Below, piece by piece: positions 52,981 through 58,937 of a stretch of DNA of 58,937 nucleotides. The first letter of the stretch is position 1. Each line of letters opens with the position of its first letter. Below the pieces are notes generated by a model. The model saw nothing but the letters and a program-made list of their open reading frames with translations, searched no databases and was not told the DNA's origin. Made by a program: the position numbers and the translations under genes. Source of the DNA: Trichomonas gallinae (Eukaryota); NCBI GenBank assembly GCA_008369845.1, contig MRSU01000696.1, forward strand, positions 1 through 58,937. Direction: 5' to 3'.

Positions 52981-53562
52981 CTAATGAAACTTTCCTAAAA
53001 CAAGGGGAGACCCTACATATTTATTTCAGGGGCTAATTTATTTAAAAAGGGACCATAATTACACGACAAATTTTAAAATTTTGTTAAGTTTACAAAACAA
53101 ATTTATTACTAGATACAAATTCATTTATTTAGTTTGTCATCGAAACGAGTTTATTTTTGGTAAATTATTTGTTTTATAATATAATATATACATCTCTTTA
53201 TATGTGTATGTATTTATGCACCTCTTACAGTAAATTAGATAAAACAAAAATTGTATTGCCGGGGTTGATGTTTTTCAAAAAGTCAAAATAACATGTCAGA
53301 TGTTGAAATTTTGTGAGATTTACAAAACATATTTCTTGAATTCTCATACAAAATCATATTCCTTGGCTTTTATATTGTTATAATTATAGTTACTCTATGA
53401 AGGACATAGCTCTCATTGTATATATATACACTCAAAGTATCCAATAACTTGTTATGTGCCTAGTTCAGGAAATGAAAAAATTTATATTGCAGGGGCTGAA
53501 ATAATATATAAGGAGGAAATCACATTTCAAATTAATGAGGGGCTGCATCCGATTAAATAAAA

Positions 53563-55470
53563 ATGTTTTGGGATATGGAGCCTGAAGCAGGGAGTTCTCT
53601 TCAGTCATTAACTGAGGAGAATCCACCAAATTGGAAGGCCATCCTTGAGGATCCAGAATTGTTCACATCTTTCAGATCAAAAGAAGATTTTTTGATTAAA
53701 TTTTTGATTTCACAAAAAAATTTTAATCATCTTCTTGAAATAATCGCATCAAACGAAATAAAGCAACAAAAACTCGTCATGAGCCTCTTTTTAGGACAAA
53801 ATAGCGTTTTACTCGAAAAATTAGTAAATTCTAAAGAAGATATTGACAAGTTGATAAGCATGATTGATTTTAACAATTGCATTCATCTAGGATATCTTTC
53901 TCGTTTAATAGAATCAATGATATCTCAATTTAAAGACAAATTTTATACAAATTTTGATAAAATTGCGCATTTGCCAAAGTTTATCAAGACAACAAATAAC
54001 TTAGCAGTACATGATATATTAAATAATATAGTTTTCAATTCCGATTTGAATTCTCAGTGGCCTATTTGGTGTACATTTAGATTATTCGTTCCAAAAATAA
54101 CAACTCCGCAAATATTCGAAGAGAATTCACAAAATATGCAGAAATTTTACGAAAAGATCAAAATAATTGAACTCACAATGGCTCATCGTATTAATATTCT
54201 CAAGTTAATATCTAAATTCATTAACAACAACCTTACTGTTAAGAGTGTAACAGATATAATACATCCAATCGTTCCAAAATTACTTTATGCGACAACAAAT
54301 CCACAATTTCTCGCAATTCTTTTAGATTTGGCATATAATTTACCACCATCGACACATACAGCTTCTTTTGCGGTTGAAATTATGCAGAAATCGAAGCAAT
54401 TTAATCAACCCTGCATTTCAGCATTAAAATATCTTTCAAAATATCCATCAAAACAGACACTAGTCTCATTCCAGAGCATTATAGACTCATTTTTAGCAGA
54501 CAAACTTAATACTTTCCATATGGAAGCTTTTCTCGAATTAATCAAAAGTGGAATGAAAATCAATGATTTTAGAAAGACAATCATCGAGAAGATGGTTCCA
54601 ATCGTCTTGGATATGGCACAGGCACAAAAACAGCGCAAGAATCTACCAATATCTTCATTTCTTCTTGAAATTGGTTTAATTATCGATCAACATGTTGAAA
54701 ACAACGAAAAATGGGCACAATTTAGAAGCAAAGAGCTTGCACTATATAAGACGAAGGATGATATCGATCCAACTATAGTAAATTCTGATAAACCATTTGA
54801 TTTATCTAAAGAAACCGCAATTGAATTCGAAATGAAGCCAGAAAAGCTTTCAGAAATGTATGGAACAGGTCATGACAAGAAAGAACCTGAAGTAAATGCA
54901 AAAGAGGCTCAAGAAAATAAAATTGAATTTCCATCATTTGAAGAAAACGCCAAAACAAGTGAAAATAGTTTACAAAATCAGAAGATCGAGTTTCCATCAT
55001 TCGAAGAAACCGAAAAACCAACAAAAATAGAGTTCCCTTCATTTGAAGAAGTTAATGTTTCTAAATCTGAAGAGCAATCAATGCAGAACATTCAATTCCC
55101 ATCATTTGAAGAAGTCAAAGTAACAGAAACATCCGAACAAGCCTTGCAAAACATCAAATTCCCATCATTTGAAGAATCAAATATTTCATCAGAGAAACCA
55201 ACAGTTGAATTCCCAACAGAAAACGTTCAGTTCCCTTCCTTTGAAGATAGTTCCAATATCAGCTTTCCATCTTTTGATGAAAATCAAAAACCAAAAGAAA
55301 CACGAGCACCAACCCCAGAAACGATTGAACAATATAATAAATTCGCTCAGATGCTGAATGATGATTGCTGGAAGCAACAACTTCCAGATATCACAAAACT
55401 TTTCGATATTCAAGATAAATTTGTTGATCCAAACGAGTCATTTAACTTCCTTATTAAATCAAAATGGTAA
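53563..55470 (+). CDS. SAPS/SIT4-associated (PP6 regulatory subunit)-like helical protein with FPSFEE repeats
   Basis: N-terminal MFW...SLQSL.....ILEDPEL......LIKFL and GYLSRLIE.MI are typical of SAPS proteins. C-terminal repeats present. Confidence 0.65.
   Translation: MFWDMEPEAGSSLQSLTEENPPNWKAILEDPELFTSFRSKEDFLIKFLISQKNFNHLLEIIASNEIKQQKLVMSLFLGQNSVLLEKLVNSKEDIDKLISMIDFNNCIHLGYLSRLIESMISQFKDKFYTNFDKIAHLPKFIKTTNNLAVHDILNNIVFNSDLNSQWPIWCTFRLFVPKITTPQIFEENSQNMQKFYEKIKIIELTMAHRINILKLISKFINNNLTVKSVTDIIHPIVPKLLYATTNPQFLAILLDLAYNLPPSTHTASFAVEIMQKSKQFNQPCISALKYLSKYPSKQTLVSFQSIIDSFLADKLNTFHMEAFLELIKSGMKINDFRKTIIEKMVPIVLDMAQAQKQRKNLPISSFLLEIGLIIDQHVENNEKWAQFRSKELALYKTKDDIDPTIVNSDKPFDLSKETAIEFEMKPEKLSEMYGTGHDKKEPEVNAKEAQENKIEFPSFEENAKTSENSLQNQKIEFPSFEETEKPTKIEFPSFEEVNVSKSEEQSMQNIQFPSFEEVKVTETSEQALQNIKFPSFEESNISSEKPTVEFPTENVQFPSFEDSSNISFPSFDENQKPKETRAPTPETIEQYNKFAQMLNDDCWKQQLPDITKLFDIQDKFVDPNESFNFLIKSKW
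54919..55281 (+). repeat. Coding repeat: seven (I/V)xFPSF(E/D)(E/D) units
   Basis: KIEFPSFEE x3, NIQFPSFEE, NIKFPSFEE, NVQFPSFED, NISFPSFDE, with variable spacers. Confidence 0.92.
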
Positions 55471-55520
55471 AAATGACGAGAAATCTAGATATATTTGCTG
55501 TAATAAACATTATATTTTTT

Positions 55521-55970
55521 TTATTTTGGAACTGCGTATTTTGCTGTCCATTCTTTAGCAGTTTTAATGGCTTTATCTTTATTTTCAATCCATGCATTAG
55601 CAACTGCTGTGTCTAAAGGATCATACGGATTTGGATCCCCTAAAAGTGATTGAATTGATAATAAAATAGTAAGAATGGTTTGAGCAGGTGACCAGTTCTT
55701 TTTCAATACATCTAAACATATTCTACCAAGTTTATCAATATTCGGATGGTAAACATGTGTTAAAAATCGAACTTTCGGTGGATCTATGGGGTAAGAATCT
55801 GTTAAATATAACTCTAATTGAAAAATACCACCCTCATACGGTGATCCTGGCGGGCCTCTCACCCAGCAATCGAAATATCGGTTATTTCCTTCCTTAGTAC
55901 GTGCTGATATGTCTGGATTTTTGTTATTTGCAATGTGTTTTGATTCCATCATAATTCTTCTCTCGAGCAT
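55521..55970 (-). CDS. UBC13: Ubiquitin-conjugating enzyme E2, UBC13/UBE2N-like
   Basis: N.RYF...GP..SPYEGG.F.LEL.L...YP..PPKVRFLT..YHPNIDKLGRICLDVLK..WSPA, with catalytic Cys present. Confidence 0.88.
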   Translation of the reverse strand: MLERRIMMESKHIANNKNPDISARTKEGNNRYFDCWVRGPPGSPYEGGIFQLELYLTDSYPIDPPKVRFLTHVYHPNIDKLGRICLDVLKKNWSPAQTILTILLSIQSLLGDPNPYDPLDTAVANAWIENKDKAIKTAKEWTAKYAVPK

Positions 55971-57340
55971 TTCAATTTATAAACGTTCTGAGATTTGTCA
56001 CGTAAATTAGCTATTTTTTTGACAAATCTATTTCTATAATATTCAGAACCAGATATTTCATTTGCATGTTGAAATAATGTTATTCATATTAATTAAATTC
56101 TATTTTAGTGTTGTTTATTATGATAATAAAATTCTGCGGAACTACATTCACAAGGTTCTATCGAGCAAAATGATGCTGATTTTTCTAGCTTTTCACTCTT
56201 GAAGTTAATGGAGAATTCATTCTCGAAAAAAATATCAAATTCAATTATTTTTCGATATATGTTGCCTTGCGATTCTTCTCATCTATTGTCGACAACTACC
56301 AACAGCCTCCTTTTCTTTTGCGAACGCTGTATCGATGACGCAGTGTTTAATAACTCATTAAACTTATGTTATTTTTTCTCATTGTACATGTCATTAAAAA
56401 ACAGCAATAAGATATAGTTAGAGTCTGAGAAACTATGATAGTTGAAACATTGATATCGACCTATATGAAATTACTGACAAATTTTGTTTGTATCTCTCGA
56501 AAACTTTTCAATATGATCGAAAATCAGATTTTCGAATTGGAAGTTGTCAAAAGATACTTAAAACGCACTCATAGATATTTAATGTAAAAATATAATTAAA
56601 AATGTACTCAATGACTCCTTCTTGAATATCTGTCGGAGCTTTTTCTCAAGAAAATCCTATTTTACATCATGTAATTCATTATTCAAGTAATAAAGAAGTG
56701 TCCTGCATGGCTAAAGTCAACATTTACCTTAGAAATTAAATTAAAAATCTGATTTATCTAAAAAGAAATTATGATTTTACTTGAAAACTGGATACCATGT
56801 AACATACTGGCCAAAATAATATTATCATTCGCATGAACGAAAAGCGATTTTGGAAAACTAACATGTAAAGTCGTTTTTACCTCTTTAAATAATTCTATGT
56901 GTTCATACAATTATTTTTCCAATTTAATTTTTGGTTATTTTAACTTATCATATAATTATAGAATCAAAAACAGCATTTATAAATTGAGACTTTTACAATT
57001 ATCTCCATTCAAAAATAATCGCTAACAAAATAGATATTTACACTATGTTATATCATTTTAAAAACTAAACAGCTGCTATCACGCCCGTATATTCGTAAAT
57101 CATAATTGTGCAAATATACGTTATTTGGTAATTTTTCGAGATTTAAGGATAATAATGATTATGGATCATATTTTAAAATTACTTCCACGCCCGTAAATAT
57201 CGACCACTTCTATAAGAAATTTTTGAGAAAAAAGCAAATTCCATAAACGAAAAAAATATCATTCTCCATGCATATGCTTTCTAAAAATACAAGAAAAAAT
57301 GAGTTTGATGAATGGTCAATCATTTTAATTTTTTAGCGAG

Positions 57341-58937
57341 ATGAGCCTAACAAATGAGGAGTTATGGCATCTTATTGAAAACCAAGATGCCGAAGCTCTC
57401 AACAAGCTCATGGGTGTGCAAGGTGTAGCAAGAATGCTCGATTCTGACCTCAAAAAAGGTATCAAATCGAGTTCTATACAGTCAAGGGTAAATAAATTCG
57501 GCTCAAATCAACTGCCAGACAGAGAAATGAGAACATTCTGGAATATGTTGAACGAAGCGTTAAAAGATAAAACAATACAAATTTTAATTGTTTGCTCGTT
57601 GCTTTCATTAGTTTTAGAATTTATGTTTGCCCCTCCAGAGGAAAAATCTACAGCTTGGATTGATGGTGCAGCTATTTTTGCAGCAGTAGCTATTGTTACA
57701 ATCGTCCAGGCCACACAGAACTTAAAACAAGAACAATCATTTGCTGCTGTTAACAGAATTAAGTCAGTTTACGATGTAGCTGTTTTCAGAGATGGCGTAA
57801 TTCACCAAATTCAAAATTATCAGCTCGTAGTTGGCGATGTCGTCGAAATACAGCAAGGAGATTGCATACCAGCAGATGGTCTCGTTATTACTTCGGAAAA
57901 TCTTAAGATTGATCAAAGTTCTGCAAACGGTGAATCTGAAGCTGTCACAAAGTCCGAAAAAGATCCATTCCTCATCAGTAATACTCATGTTGTTGAAGGA
58001 TGTGGTACATTTTTGGTTATCTGCGTCGGAATGAATTCACATCATGGAAGAATCTTCAATTTAATCAATTCTGAGATTGAAGAAACACCACTTCAAGTCA
58101 AGCTTGAGGACCTTGGGGAAAAAATCGGTATTGTTGGCATTTTAGTTGCTGCATTAACATTCTTAGCTTTATTAATCCAATGGATCATGAAACAAGTTAA
58201 GTTTGGCTTCCAGTGGTCAAACTGCCGCGAGCCGCTTACATATTTCGTTATCTCAATTACAATTGTCGCATGCGCAGTTCCAGAAGGCCTTCCGCTTGCT
58301 GTTACAATCTCCCTCGCATACTCAATGAACCAGATGATGGCTGATAACAATTTCGTGAGACGTCTCAGTGCATGCGAAACAATGGGCTCTGCAACTGTTA
58401 TTTGCTCAGACAAAACAGGCACATTAACTGAAAACAAGATGAATGTCGAACGCATTGCTATTGGATCCCAATTCATTCCACTTGCTGATATAGATACAAA
58501 TCTCATCGACGAAGAACTTCTTCTTTTAATCCGCAAATCTATCTCAATCAACACTCAAGCTGTTATCACAGACGCAGGCTCCATCGGCAGCCAGACAGAA
58601 TGCGCGCTTCTCAGATTCGTTGGAAAAATCCACGGAAACTACCAACAGTTGCGCATAGCTTATCCACCTTTAATCAGATTCCTCTTCGATCGCGACCGCA
58701 AGAGAATGTCGACAGTTATTCCTTACAACGGTATGTACAGGACATTTGTCAAAGGTGCTCCAGATGAGATCATCAAGCTCTGCAATAAGTATATCCCACC
58801 GGGCGGCAAACTCGATTTCTCAGACATGACAGACGACTTCGTTGAGCAATTCATGGCTTCTGTCGCTGAAGAAGGCGACAAGACATTCAGAACATTATCT
58901 TTGGCGTTCAAGGACACAGAAGAACCTCCAAAATCAT
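57341..58937 (+). CDS. P-type IIB (PMCA-type) Ca2+-transporting ATPase, 5' part (runs off window end)
   Basis: My translation from ATG 57341: MSLTNEELWHLIENQD...FGSNQLP...AWIDGAAIF.AV...LVVGDVV...IDQSSANGES...AVPEGLPLAVTISLAYS...CETMGSATVICSDKTGTLTENKM...KGAPD. Phosphorylation Asp codon at 58409. Inr TCATT near 57320. Confidence 0.96.
   Translation, partial: MSLTNEELWHLIENQDAEALNKLMGVQGVARMLDSDLKKGIKSSSIQSRVNKFGSNQLPDREMRTFWNMLNEALKDKTIQILIVCSLLSLVLEFMFAPPEEKSTAWIDGAAIFAAVAIVTIVQATQNLKQEQSFAAVNRIKSVYDVAVFRDGVIHQIQNYQLVVGDVVEIQQGDCIPADGLVITSENLKIDQSSANGESEAVTKSEKDPFLISNTHVVEGCGTFLVICVGMNSHHGRIFNLINSEIEETPLQVKLEDLGEKIGIVGILVAALTFLALLIQWIMKQVKFGFQWSNCREPLTYFVISITIVACAVPEGLPLAVTISLAYSMNQMMADNNFVRRLSACETMGSATVICSDKTGTLTENKMNVERIAIGSQFIPLADIDTNLIDEELLLLIRKSISINTQAVITDAGSIGSQTECALLRFVGKIHGNYQQLRIAYPPLIRFLFDRDRKRMSTVIPYNGMYRTFVKGAPDEIIKLCNKYIPPGGKLDFSDMTDDFVEQFMASVAEEGDKTFRTLSLAFKDTEEPPKS

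Noticed and set aside
56199..56417. 72-aa ORF in the long UBC13-ATPase spacer
   Set aside because: No recognisable motif, and composition is intergenic-like.
57508..58917. Several short minus- and plus-strand ORFs
   Set aside because: Shadows of the continuous Ca-ATPase frame starting at 57341.
1..58937. Spliceosomal introns, tRNA/rRNA genes, Maverick/Tc1/Mutator elements
   Set aside because: I saw no ACTAACACACAG-type branch/3' site, no cloverleaf or rRNA signature, and no transposase, integrase or polB ORF. A by-eye search could miss ~25-nt introns.

Overview
AT-rich, gene-dense eukaryotic genomic DNA from a trichomonad (Trichomonas vaginalis or a close relative). I saw no recognisable introns. 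The assignment rests on a hydrogenosomal adenylate kinase with an MLS...RF/A presequence, trichomonad core-promoter motifs (Inr TCAY, M2 AAAGTGAC, M3, M5 CCTTT) and typical expanded families. About 30 single-exon CDS are present. Housekeeping: AK, RPS27, RPL32, UBC13-like, ENY2/Sus1, PMCA-type Ca-ATPase. Cilium/basal body: DRC2/CCDC65, Tubby-like, Chibby-like, TMEM231, a NEK kinase. Others: ubiquitin-system genes, a Myb, a bromodomain protein, a legumain and two bacterial-type genes (LacX-like aldose epimerase, YwqG/DUF1963). The most notable observations are: (i) a recurrent 11-bp motif family TG(A/T)C(A/G)(C/T)GTAAA in most promoter-side intergenic regions, often in tandem; (ii) a highly divergent Spt5-like protein with a ~400-aa insertion; (iii) several apparently catalytically dead or core-deleted proteins (M60/TCAF-like without HEXXH, PAS plus pseudo-cyclase, BEACH-core-less Beige-like); (iv) a 90-codon in-frame extension starting at ATA just after an Inr. 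All family calls come from motif recognition by eye, not database searches.
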